A stretch of DNA of 56,221 bases from a virus (Duplodnaviria; Caudoviricetes). How positions within the stretch are numbered: the stretch's first letter is position 1; every line of letters starts with the position of its first letter. Below the pieces are notes generated by a model. That model did no database searches and was not told the origin of the DNA. It was given only the letters and a program-made list of their open reading frames with translations. The translations under genes were made by a program, and so were the position numbers. Shown here piece by piece: positions 7,745 to 16,655 of the stretch. The DNA lies in the IMG/VR virus record IMGVR_UViG_3300023184_000158, positions 1 through 56,221 of that record; one strand, written 5' to 3'.

Positions 7745-9580
7745 TTACTTCTTTGGAGGGGGTGCGCCGCCCCCTTGTCCGGCTTGAGCCGCTATCTGCG
7801 CGAGAAGCTCGGGCGGGATTCCCCCCGGCGGCGCACCCGGAGGACCACCTGCACCCGGAGGGCCACCTGCACCGGGAGGCGCACCCGGAGGGCCACCTGC
7901 ACCGGGAGGGCCACCGGGAGGCGCCCCTTCTGCACCCGGAGGGCCACCGGGAGGCGCCCCTTCTGCACCGGGAGGCGCACCCGGAGGGCCACCTGCACCG
8001 GGAGGCGCCCCTTCTGCGCCCGGAGGACCACCACCAAAATCCCCCTGTCCATATTGTTGTGATTGCATTGCCATCATCTCCATCTGCTGCTTCATGTTGA
8101 CAATCTGCAACCAGATAGGATCGGCAATCGAATCCCCACCCTCTTCCTGAAGCAGTGGCGGAAGATTGCGACGGGCACGAATCTCGTTCTTGGTGCTCCA
8201 TTGTGATTCAAGCTGAAGGTTTGCCACGATGGTTCGCTCATCCTGCGGAGTGATTCCGTCAAAGATCAATGTAAGGTCGTCGTAATGAGGATGAATCAAC
8301 GACCTTGTCAACCAATCCGCATTGCTTTCCAGCAACGAGTACAATCCTTCCTCATTGATTGTTTCCGCAATTTCCCCAGTGGCATTTGCGCCACCAAACA
8401 ATGCTCCTTGGCTGGCTTTCTCCGAAAGGTTGAGTCGCGATGGATGCATGCCAAAGAATGCGCACTTGATTGATGCCATCAACCGAAAAAATTGCTCGAA
8501 CTGCATGTCGCTCGGGGTATTCGCAAGATCAAGCACTTGAGCTCGCATGTTTTCCGGTCCCGGCAAGACAGGCATCTTGCTCTTGGGAGTTCCGGCACCA
8601 CCTTGGCCAAGAATCTGACGCTCAAACGTGCTCAATCCTTCAGCGGAATAATCTCCCGAAAGCACAAGCATGCGCGACGGAAATCCGGGACGAAACAGAT
8701 CCTTGTTGAAGTTGAACATGTTCAGGAGCAAACTTGTTGCAGAAAGGGATTGCTCCAGCACGGATGTGCCGAAACCCCATCGGTTCAGTTCTCCAGAAGG
8801 GTTTGTCCATTCAACATCAATCTCTCCCTTGTTCCAGGCACCAACGATTTGTCCATCAACTTCCTGCACGTATTCGGCATCAGTGATGTCAATGGTGAGT
8901 CCAGTCTTCTGGGACCATTCCTCGCTCAGCATCATTCGCGCCACACGTTCATTGCTGATGCCACGTTTTGCCATCCACGGCATGATGACATAGAGAACCG
9001 GCAGGATTGTGTCACCCGGAAGGAGATAGAAATCGACAGGGCGACCTCGCTTGTCGCGTGAAACGACCATGGCCCGACGATCAATGACCAATTCTTCCTG
9101 CACGGAAACAGTCAGGAAATCCCTGAATGTCTTGTGATAGGTTGACACAGGGTTCTCAATCAGCTCTTCCATCTCCGCACATCTCCGGATGATGTCCGGA
9201 GTGCTTGAATCAAAGTTGGGATCGTCAAACCGGCGATGCACAACCCGCCAGCCACGTTGCTTTCCGGGGACAAAGATCTTTCTTGCCAGCCCCTTGACAT
9301 CTTCAATGCGTCTGGAGATGATGGCACGATCAATGAGACTTTCTCTGGCAACTGCCCTGAGCATTCCATATGGCGGAGTGTCAAGCGGCTTGCGCAACGT
9401 TCCCGGAGAAAAACTGACTTGAGCGACCGAAGGGCCGTAGTTTGAAAACCACTGTCCTCTTCGCCGCTCATTATCTTCCTTCATCTTGTCCATGTTCGCC
9501 TTGCTGAAGACTTCCTTGGGATCAAGTGCTGTTGATGTAGGATCAATAATGTTTCCAAAACCGTCTGCTTTTACTACCAT
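7745..9580 (-). CDS. Portal protein with Gly/Pro-rich C-terminal tail
   Basis: Follows TerL. Portal-like segments LRAVARESLIDRAIISRR, GRPVDFYLLPGDTI, WGFGTSVLE, DMQFEQF, FGMHPSRLN, TKNEIRARRNLPP..GGD. RBS AAGGAG. Confidence 0.87.
   Translation of the reverse strand: MVVKADGFGNIIDPTSTALDPKEVFSKANMDKMKEDNERRRGQWFSNYGPSVAQVSFSPGTLRKPLDTPPYGMLRAVARESLIDRAIISRRIEDVKGLARKIFVPGKQRGWRVVHRRFDDPNFDSSTPDIIRRCAEMEELIENPVSTYHKTFRDFLTVSVQEELVIDRRAMVVSRDKRGRPVDFYLLPGDTILPVLYVIMPWMAKRGISNERVARMMLSEEWSQKTGLTIDITDAEYVQEVDGQIVGAWNKGEIDVEWTNPSGELNRWGFGTSVLEQSLSATSLLLNMFNFNKDLFRPGFPSRMLVLSGDYSAEGLSTFERQILGQGGAGTPKSKMPVLPGPENMRAQVLDLANTPSDMQFEQFFRLMASIKCAFFGMHPSRLNLSEKASQGALFGGANATGEIAETINEEGLYSLLESNADWLTRSLIHPHYDDLTLIFDGITPQDERTIVANLQLESQWSTKNEIRARRNLPPLLQEEGGDSIADPIWLQIVNMKQQMEMMAMQSQQYGQGDFGGGPPGAEGAPPGAGGPPGAPPGAEGAPPGGPPGAEGAPPGGPPGAGGPPGAPPGAGGPPGAGGPPGAPPGGIPPELLAQIAAQAGQGGGAPPPKK
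7820..8030 (-). repeat. GGPPGA/GAEGAPP coding repeats in the portal C-terminus
   Basis: Repeated GCACCCGGAGGGCCACC-like units on the + strand. Confidence 0.88.
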
Positions 9581-9593
9581 GTAGGTTATCTCC

Positions 9594-11255
9594 TTACACC
9601 ATCAGCACTTCGTCGAACATTTTTCTTGTGTTGCGCGAAACTTCCAATGACATTTCCAACGCATCGAGCATGTCGTCATTCTCGGATCTTGGGTACGTCA
9701 TGAGCTGATCGTAGAATTTGTGAAATTCCGGATGAACAATGACTGAACGGGTTTCATCCTCATTGAGCAATTCATCATCCTCGCCGGAAAGCTTCAGCAT
9801 GCGGATCTCGTCAGCTGTGCATCTGCGCAGGAAAATCTTTCCTTGTTCAAACAATGGAGACATGCCCTCGATGCGTATCTGTTTCTTCTTTTTTGCGTAA
9901 TGCTTGATCTCGCGAATGGGAAGCAATGATTTCTTCATGATCTGCTGTATGATGACATGTTGGAATCCGTTTCCTTCAATGCCATTCATCTGTATCGGAT
10001 ATGATTGATTCTGCTGGATAACCCTGTTCAATTGATTTGCCACATCCATTCGCTGATTCACTATATCAAAAACGACAATATCCTGATCGGCTGTCTTGCC
10101 AATCATGACAAGAGAGAAGAAGTCTGCAGCGTCATCCTTGCCAACGGTCCAGTCAACGCCGGTGAAGAATGTCAATGCCTTTCCGCGAAAAAACCATCGC
10201 TTGCTTGATGGCCGATATCCGAGATCGTTGGCGTCATACCATTGTATCCACGAACTCCTGAATGTCCGCGAGGTATCATCACGCGGATCGTTCATGTACT
10301 CCTTCTGAAATGCCAGGACATTCTTGGCGCGGATTGCACGTAATCGCTCAAGGGAGAATCGTTCAGGCCATAATGGAGCCTGATGCTTGTTGCCTTCCTC
10401 ATCCTGCTTGGTAATGATTGCCTGATATCTTCTTGTAACGTACAGATCAGGACGGGCAAGCATCTGGTTCAAGAGCGAACCATAATGAAGCACCGTCCCG
10501 ACAAGAATGATCTGTCCGACTGGAGGAGGTTCAATCATTGGTTCCACTGCCGAGTCCCACCATGAGGCGAGCTTCTGCCTCTGTATTGATGTGTCAACCA
10601 GCTCGTCATTCTCAAGATCGTCAGCAATGACCAAGTCAGGTCTCCTGAATCCAAACCTGAGACCTCGCAACGGGTTGTTTGCCATTCGGGCAAGGATTTT
10701 TGCGCGATCCTCAAGTTCATTGCCCCATTTGTTGTTGATCTTGTCCCACTTGCGGAATCCAATGACAAACTCCTCGTCGGTCCACTTTTCCTTCTCTCCA
10801 CGAGCTGCGCCGTCAAAGTTGTCCCAATCACGGCCAAGGACGATGCCCCAGTCGTTGACAAGTTTGTCGTTCATCTCGAACTCTTCCTTGATGTTCCGGG
10901 AATGAGATGTAGAGATACGCGCAATATCGGAAATAATGACCACAAAGAATTTTCTTTGTGTCACAAGTGACCAGATGACATACAGAAATGTAATCAATGT
11001 TGACTTGCTATGATTTCTTGGAGCGGCAATGACAAGGGTATTCAAGTTCTCCTTGCCTTGCCATTCCTCTTCATTCTTGTGCGTGGCAAGATCAATGATG
11101 TCCTTGTGGAAATCCGGAGACGCTTGGAACCAGTATTTGGGGAAATAGATGCGTCCAAACTCGAATGGATCATCAATGGTGCGCTGGATACGCCACTTTC
11201 TCAAGCCATCTTCAAGCAGGAGAGGTGCCGGGGCCTCCAGAACGGAACTTGTCAT
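9594..11255 (-). CDS. terL: Terminase large subunit
   Basis: Walker A APRNHSKST, LRGLR, Walker B RPDLVIADDLEND, VGT, LWPERF, FQKEYMNDP; nuclease motifs GVDW and DDMLDAL. Confidence 0.94.
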   Translation of the reverse strand: MTSSVLEAPAPLLLEDGLRKWRIQRTIDDPFEFGRIYFPKYWFQASPDFHKDIIDLATHKNEEEWQGKENLNTLVIAAPRNHSKSTLITFLYVIWSLVTQRKFFVVIISDIARISTSHSRNIKEEFEMNDKLVNDWGIVLGRDWDNFDGAARGEKEKWTDEEFVIGFRKWDKINNKWGNELEDRAKILARMANNPLRGLRFGFRRPDLVIADDLENDELVDTSIQRQKLASWWDSAVEPMIEPPPVGQIILVGTVLHYGSLLNQMLARPDLYVTRRYQAIITKQDEEGNKHQAPLWPERFSLERLRAIRAKNVLAFQKEYMNDPRDDTSRTFRSSWIQWYDANDLGYRPSSKRWFFRGKALTFFTGVDWTVGKDDAADFFSLVMIGKTADQDIVVFDIVNQRMDVANQLNRVIQQNQSYPIQMNGIEGNGFQHVIIQQIMKKSLLPIREIKHYAKKKKQIRIEGMSPLFEQGKIFLRRCTADEIRMLKLSGEDDELLNEDETRSVIVHPEFHKFYDQLMTYPRSENDDMLDALEMSLEVSRNTRKMFDEVLMV

Positions 11256-12361
11256 GACATGTTCACCGGAATAATTTCGGATATCCCGAGACGGTCTTTC
11301 AGCCGGTTCTGCCGTTGCTGCTCTGGCTCAAGAATGAAATCGGCATACAGTCCAGCGCGTTCGCATTCCATGTACATGTCACGGATGACGAGGGCAATCC
11401 TTCGGGTGTGCTCATCATCGCCCTCTCCCGACTTCTTCTCCCACGCAAGTGCCATCTTGGCCTGTGGAGAATTGGGAGGGTATGCGTTTCCCATGGAAAG
11501 ATTATTGTTTTCTACCTTGACATTCACCGACCCTGCCGCTTGTTCGACGGGTGTCAGCCCGGTCACAGAGCTGAGCATGCGGTCGATCAAGCCGCCAAGC
11601 TTTGCCAATGACTCGGGACTGGCGTCATCGCGCAGATTGGACACCGCCTTTGCAAACCATGCGAGTCCGTCAATACCCGCTTGCTTGCGCTTCATGATCT
11701 GCCAGTCGCGAAGCCGTTCTTCCTCAAGGGCCAGTTTCTCGGCAACCTTGCTTGCCTGCTCCGTGCGATACGATTCCCGCGCCTCAACCCATCTGCCTTT
11801 TCTTGCGTGGAGGCTGATCAACGGAGCGGCGATGTTGCATTCGTTTGCAATCGCACTGTATGACCATCCTCCATACACATACAGCAGCTTGACCAAATGC
11901 CAATCGATATCGGGCCTTCCCTTTTCGTGGCCTTTCCTGATAGCCAACGCAAGCTGAAAGGCAGACTCCTCTGCGGTCATCGGCGTTTCCCCTGGGGTTC
12001 CATCAGGGAAATCGTTATAGATTGCACCACCCGTATCTTCTATGGGCGTGAGGACATCCGTTTCCTCTTCGTTGTCAATCCACTGGCTAGGGTCTTCGGA
12101 TTCATTCTTTGCCACGCGCTTTGCTTGCGGGGGTTTTGGCGCACGAACGGATCTTCTATTCTCAAATCCTGTCAAGATGGGAATGGACGGCATGATGTCG
12201 TACTCTTCCATCTTGGAGTCCATGTTTTTTCTTGTCTTTTTTGCGCCAAGGGAATTTGAATTGTCAACAAGGTCTTTGGTGACTTTTCTTCGATACTCAT
12301 CTTGCACAATCTGCGCAATTGATTCAATTGGGTTTTTAGGAATAAGATCGTCGATTGCCAT
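11252..12361 (-). CDS. Putative terminase small subunit (HTH protein)
   Basis: Directly upstream of terL with ATGA overlap. HTH-like YVYGGWSYSAIANECNIAAPLISLHARKGRW. GAGGTG RBS before ATG at 12361. Confidence 0.55.
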   Translation of the reverse strand: MAIDDLIPKNPIESIAQIVQDEYRRKVTKDLVDNSNSLGAKKTRKNMDSKMEEYDIMPSIPILTGFENRRSVRAPKPPQAKRVAKNESEDPSQWIDNEEETDVLTPIEDTGGAIYNDFPDGTPGETPMTAEESAFQLALAIRKGHEKGRPDIDWHLVKLLYVYGGWSYSAIANECNIAAPLISLHARKGRWVEARESYRTEQASKVAEKLALEEERLRDWQIMKRKQAGIDGLAWFAKAVSNLRDDASPESLAKLGGLIDRMLSSVTGLTPVEQAAGSVNVKVENNNLSMGNAYPPNSPQAKMALAWEKKSGEGDDEHTRRIALVIRDMYMECERAGLYADFILEPEQQRQNRLKDRLGISEIIPVNMS

Positions 12362-12418
12362 GAAGCACCTCACTTCAAGTATACATGTTTTTGATGAATA
12401 TGTTTTGTTTTTCGCAAT

Positions 12419-12760
12419 CTAGACAATTTCCATCTCTGATTTGTCAAGCTCACTCTTTGCAGCAGCAAACAAGTCAATGCCTGCAGCGCCCGTGACTTGC
12501 AAAAGATACATCATGGTTTTGCCAATGGATTCCTGAAAATGATTCTTCTGGAATTTCATGGCGTTTGTGGTAGGAATATTGTCCTCCAACGCGATGTTGA
12601 TCTTCTCCTTGAGCCAGAGGTACTCGCTTGCCACGGTAATATGCTGGATGGCAAGCAGCAAATCCCTTTGCATGCAGGAAACACCCAACGCCCCATTTCT
12701 CTTGGGATACAATCGTCTTCTTTGCGCTTCCTCAAATGCCCTCAGGCTCATGTTGGACAT
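12419..12760 (-). CDS. Small helical protein resembling a degenerate MazG-like NTP pyrophosphohydrolase
   Basis: C-terminal FQESIGKTMMYLLQVTGAAGIDLFAAAKSELDK resembles the MazG-like E..D...YL..LA...GIDL..A...K pattern. TAATG coupling to the upstream gene. Confidence 0.45.
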   Translation of the reverse strand: MSNMSLRAFEEAQRRRLYPKRNGALGVSCMQRDLLLAIQHITVASEYLWLKEKINIALEDNIPTTNAMKFQKNHFQESIGKTMMYLLQVTGAAGIDLFAAAKSELDKSEMEIV

Positions 12761-13290
12761 TACGAATTGCCCAAGACCGAAGGAAGAGAAACGGCGGCTT
12801 TCTTTCGCCTGCCAATTTGCGAAGCAATCATTGCATTCTTCTGTACGCGCTGGCTGTGATCATACTGCGTGACCCATCGTATGCCGGGGTGATTGCTCTC
12901 CAGCACCACCTGGACGATCTTGATGCACGTATTGAGCCCTTCTTCGGTGTCGACAAAGGAAGGTGGCACATCAACGTTGAAATTGACCGTTGCGGATTCC
13001 TTGTCAACATTCGGCACCTCCACCTCTGTCCACATGGTCCAGTCAAATCCGCCAGGCTTTCCTTCCTTGTCTTCATGACGAATTGCCAAGACCGAATACC
13101 TGACCTTGGCGTTTCCCCCTTCCGGAAGATTGATGATCCGGGAGACTGTGGTTCGCCGAAACCACCACTCGTCACCCGGTGTCAACCACATGATCGGCCG
13201 ATCCTCAAATTCCGGATGCTTGGGAATATCTATCTGGACAAACCGTTCTCCGTATACAGGAATCTCATCCTGATCATTGGCATCATTCAT
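12760..13290 (-). CDS. Hypothetical protein
   Basis: Tightly coupled to both neighbours; ATG at 13290 overlaps the upstream stop. Confidence 0.65.
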   Translation of the reverse strand: MNDANDQDEIPVYGERFVQIDIPKHPEFEDRPIMWLTPGDEWWFRRTTVSRIINLPEGGNAKVRYSVLAIRHEDKEGKPGGFDWTMWTEVEVPNVDKESATVNFNVDVPPSFVDTEEGLNTCIKIVQVVLESNHPGIRWVTQYDHSQRVQKNAMIASQIGRRKKAAVSLPSVLGNS

Positions 13291-13729
13291 GATCTTGTGT
13301 CTCAATTGGATTTTCGTTCGTGATCTTGCGAACCAGAGCAAGCAAATCCTGAGCTTCTTGGGAAAGGGTTACCTTTGTGACTCCAGTCATCTCGTCAAAC
13401 AACGAAAGCATCTGGCCAAGAAGAATGATCGGATCTTGCGTATTCAACGCAATTGCCGCACGAAGTGCCCGTTGTGTCTGGATCCATTGCTGAAGACGGG
13501 ACTGCTGCGCCATCTTCATGTTCCGGGCATGGATTGCCTTGTGTCGCCACGACTGGTACGTATCATCGCTTTCATTCAACTTGGACTTGCGGTTATCGTC
13601 AGTAAGCTGGGCGCGGATCTTTCCCAGCTCTTCGCGCAATGTCAAGAGACGGTTCTGTGCATCCGAAATGGTTTTTGGCTCATCGATGAGACGGTTCTCA
13701 AACGTTTGTGATGGAATATTGCGTGACAT
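13283..13729 (-). CDS. Hypothetical coiled-coil protein
   Basis: AAGGAG RBS before ATG at 13729 (MSRNIP...); helical composition. Confidence 0.65.
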   Translation of the reverse strand: MSRNIPSQTFENRLIDEPKTISDAQNRLLTLREELGKIRAQLTDDNRKSKLNESDDTYQSWRHKAIHARNMKMAQQSRLQQWIQTQRALRAAIALNTQDPIILLGQMLSLFDEMTGVTKVTLSQEAQDLLALVRKITNENPIETQDHE

Positions 13730-13743
13730 AAGGTTCTCCTTGA

Positions 13744-14442
13744 TTATGATTTCGCACGAGATTTTGATTGTGAGCGTCCGGAGCCAACGATTGGTTGATA
13801 TTTCCTTAATAATATCTCTTGCCTTTGCATCCGGCAAATCACTTCGCCTATTGCAATTGCATCACAAACGTTCGAATTGATTATATCAGGTTTTTTCTGA
13901 TATCTCGGCAATTCTATTCCCGATGCAGTCAGGATCATCTGCACGGCTTCCTTTGATGCCGTTGACGAACCACACATGATCGTCTTGACGTGATTGGTCG
14001 AGAATTCGGTGTATGTAATGTCATTTTGGCCGCAGACATACATGGTGATCCACCGGATACCCGCCAATGCTTCCACAGTGGCAATGCTTGAGTTCTGCTT
14101 GCCACGGGCAAAAGGGTGGCTTTCTCCAATCACCAGATCGACATCATGCTGGTCAATAAGGGAAGAGATCCATTTGCCGTATGCAACACAACGCTTCTGT
14201 TGTGTCCAGTTCTGACTGAGAGTGAGCGCCAACCCTACGTTGCACCCATCGGTGTTCATGACAGGAATGTACCGCCCTTCTACAAAAAGGGCGGCACCGC
14301 TATCGTTCAAACTCTGATCAACACAAAGGATGCGGTTGATCTCGGTCCATTCCTTTTTTGAGGAATGAAGCGCCGGAAGGGTAATGTCCGGCGTTGACGA
14401 TTTTTTTCGTGTTGGATAAAGATTTGTCTTATGCCGATACAT
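13744..14442 (-). CDS. RuvC-like Holliday junction resolvase
   Basis: ILCVDQSLNDSG, VDLVIGES, HVKTIMCGSSTASKEAV, CDAIAI match the RuvC catalytic layout. Confidence 0.85.
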   Translation of the reverse strand: MYRHKTNLYPTRKKSSTPDITLPALHSSKKEWTEINRILCVDQSLNDSGAALFVEGRYIPVMNTDGCNVGLALTLSQNWTQQKRCVAYGKWISSLIDQHDVDLVIGESHPFARGKQNSSIATVEALAGIRWITMYVCGQNDITYTEFSTNHVKTIMCGSSTASKEAVQMILTASGIELPRYQKKPDIINSNVCDAIAIGEVICRMQRQEILLRKYQPIVGSGRSQSKSRAKS

Positions 14443-14464
14443 GAATCCTCACGAAACAACTGTA

Positions 14465-15643
14465 TCAGCCATTTGCATTGGTTCGCAACCCCCAGAACTC
14501 GGTCATCTTTCCATCGACAAGTCGCACGGAACGCTGAAGTCCCTTGTTCTCCATGTAGGTAACCACTTTGCGAAGCTCCTGACCCGGAACATCATCGAGC
14601 TCTTCGGCAAGTGATTCGAGGGTCATCGGGCGATTCTTCAATGCTTCGCGAACACGATCCCAGAGTTTTGGACTGGTATCCCGACTCCGGGCCATGTCCG
14701 GAGAACTGACAAGGCCAATTCCGATCTGCTGGTTGGTATCGTTCTCATCCGGAAACTCGAAACGAACCGTGATCGGGAGGCTGAGGGGGCCACCATTGAC
14801 TTTCTGATGACTCAGGATCAGGTCGGCAAAGTTCGATCCCTCTTCCTGACTCTTGCGGAGATTCCATGCGCTCCGGCTCTGGTTCTCCCACTGCACTCCA
14901 CCATACGCCATGCTTGCGCCTTCCTCACCTTGACGATCATTCTTCGTCACGTGAGCAAGCACCAGCGATCCGACACGCAACTCGGAAATGGCCTGGAAGA
15001 AGGAAACGATCTCGTCATTGTCGCTTGCGCGTCCGCATGCAGGAGATGCGCTGTCAATGATGACGTACGTGATGCCCTCTTCCGCAACCATGCGCTTGAT
15101 TTCATCGAGCTGCTTGCGAAGTGGCCTCCCACCGCATTGCCGATAGACAATGTCAACTCCAAGTGCCTCCTGCTGCTCGGGAGAGATGATCGCATCAAGC
15201 CGCCGTGCATGCTGGCCAATATCCCACTCCCAGTCAAGATAGGCAACGTGATTGCGAACCAAAGCCGGTCCCAAGCCCAGATCCATGCCGGTTTCCATCA
15301 TGACTGCCATGACCAATGCCAGATAGGACTTCATGCCACCACCTGCGCTGAACCAGAGCGTCGGCTCCTTGGCAAGGAGCACTGGCTTGTAGGCGTACCC
15401 GAAACTGACGGAACGGTTCGCTTCCCGCAGGAGTTGCCACTCCGAACCCTTGGAGAACTGTCCGATGACCAGACGGGACATGTCCGTGAGTATCTGCGCC
15501 CATTGTGGGCCATTCATGCGCTTGTTGAGTTCCTGGATGAGCTGTGCCTGCGCCTGTCCGCTCTTGAACGCGTAATCTGACGGCCCATAGAGATACTTGG
15601 GAAATGCCGGGATTGACGTGTGGATCTCAATCTCGCCAACCAA
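14465..15643 (-). CDS. RecA-fold/RepA-like (AAA_25-type) helicase domain; probably the C-terminal half of a frameshifted primase-helicase
   Basis: Walker A-like SAGGGMKS, AYLDWE, Walker B YVIIDS, LVLAHVTK, YGGVQWENQSRSAW. The frame extends upstream as ESERFGLVGEIEI, and no RBS is evident. Confidence 0.75.
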   Translation of the reverse strand: MVGEIEIHTSIPAFPKYLYGPSDYAFKSGQAQAQLIQELNKRMNGPQWAQILTDMSRLVIGQFSKGSEWQLLREANRSVSFGYAYKPVLLAKEPTLWFSAGGGMKSYLALVMAVMMETGMDLGLGPALVRNHVAYLDWEWDIGQHARRLDAIISPEQQEALGVDIVYRQCGGRPLRKQLDEIKRMVAEEGITYVIIDSASPACGRASDNDEIVSFFQAISELRVGSLVLAHVTKNDRQGEEGASMAYGGVQWENQSRSAWNLRKSQEEGSNFADLILSHQKVNGGPLSLPITVRFEFPDENDTNQQIGIGLVSSPDMARSRDTSPKLWDRVREALKNRPMTLESLAEELDDVPGQELRKVVTYMENKGLQRSVRLVDGKMTEFWGLRTNANG

Positions 15644-16596
15644 TCCGAAGCGTTCTGACTCCGCAGCCGCGAAATCTCGATGTCAATGCCCAGCTTGTCC
15701 CATGCAAACCGCCAGCCCACCCCTGTGGTGCTCATGACCGGCGGATCGACGACCCCGCGGTTCCGTGCCATCTGCTGGTACGAGCACACGGATTTGACCA
15801 CGGTCTTCATCTCGCGGATGTCCATGGGTGGCTGGCATCGCTCAGCCCACGGCGTGATGACATTCATGATGATGTCCGCGGGAACCTGACGGTTCCAGAA
15901 GTACCCGACGAGTTTGGCCGCATCAGCATTTCGACGCCCTGACGGACTTCCGTTCAGAAGTAGGTCAGATACCCATCCGGGAGGCGAACCGGCCTGTACG
16001 GGCAAGTTTGGGGCATCCTCGTCGAATCCTGATCGCTCTCCACGGACCACCCAGCCCGGTGCAGTCGCCAACGGCTCGTCGAGCAGGATCCGGTACTGTC
16101 CGTCCGTGGTCTTCGATGGCGCGATCACGATGTAGCCGCCATCGCCCTTGATGTCCACCTTGGGCAAAATTGGGAATGATTTGACCGGATTGCCGGGATG
16201 CTTGAAGATCAGATGGAATCCGCGAGGGCTTTTCTGCACCAACGTCTTGGTATTTTCCATCTCGGGGTGATACTTCTTGATGCTCTCCGCGCCTTCCGTT
16301 CCGTCAATGTCAACGACACAGATGTTGCTGATCTTGCCGCAAATGACTCCCCAGTTGCATTCCGGATACGCTTTGTACCATTTCATCACCTGTTCCTTGG
16401 TGACGCGGTTGCTCTCGAATTCCTTCCATTTGAACCGTATTTCAAATGGTTGTCCTTGTTCATCCTTGGACATGGAAACCACGACCGGGCGCTTGCCATT
16501 GTTTTCAACCGGGAAGATGTTCCACCCGCGATCAACGTAGGAGATAAGAGTGTCAAGTGTTGACAATTCGGCATCGGCTACTGGTTGTGCTACCAT
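15514..16596 (-). CDS. Bifunctional primase/polymerase (Prim-Pol) plus PriCT-like domain; N-terminal half of the frameshifted gene
   Basis: GWNIFPV...KRP, NWGVICG, VVDIDG, SPRGFHLIF, VDIKGDGGYIVIAPS, GRRN. GAGGTG RBS. Confidence 0.88.
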   Translation of the reverse strand: MVAQPVADAELSTLDTLISYVDRGWNIFPVENNGKRPVVVSMSKDEQGQPFEIRFKWKEFESNRVTKEQVMKWYKAYPECNWGVICGKISNICVVDIDGTEGAESIKKYHPEMENTKTLVQKSPRGFHLIFKHPGNPVKSFPILPKVDIKGDGGYIVIAPSKTTDGQYRILLDEPLATAPGWVVRGERSGFDEDAPNLPVQAGSPPGWVSDLLLNGSPSGRRNADAAKLVGYFWNRQVPADIIMNVITPWAERCQPPMDIREMKTVVKSVCSYQQMARNRGVVDPPVMSTTGVGWRFAWDKLGIDIEISRLRSQNASDWLARLRSTRQSRHFPSISMGRQITRSRADRRRHSSSRNSTSA

Positions 16597-16606
16597 TGTT
16601 CACCTC

Positions 16607-16643
16607 AAAATAGAATTAGGGACACGTAGATTGTACGTGTCCC
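16607..16643 (-). terminator. Intrinsic terminator
   Basis: 10-bp perfect stem GGGACACGTA/TACGTGTCCC (16619-16643) with 5-nt loop, followed on the - strand by TAATTCTATTTT; 12 nt after the stop of the 16656 gene. Confidence 0.7.
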
Positions 16644-16655
16644 GGTAGTGTGGTG

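Noticed and set aside
7820-8030. Collagen-like domain in the portal tail
   Set aside because: Gly is not at every third residue, so this is not a Gly-X-Y repeat.
5426-8201. Alternative ORFs over the Gly/Pro repeats (5426..6151 -, 7636..8100 +, 7716..8201 -, 7775..8062 +, 7792..8052 -)
   Set aside because: Shadow frames kept open by GC-rich repeats; they overlap better-supported genes.
15640-15690. Programmed -1 ribosomal frameshift
   Set aside because: No slippery heptamer between the last upstream stop in the helicase frame and the start of the helicase ORF; a single-base indel is simpler.
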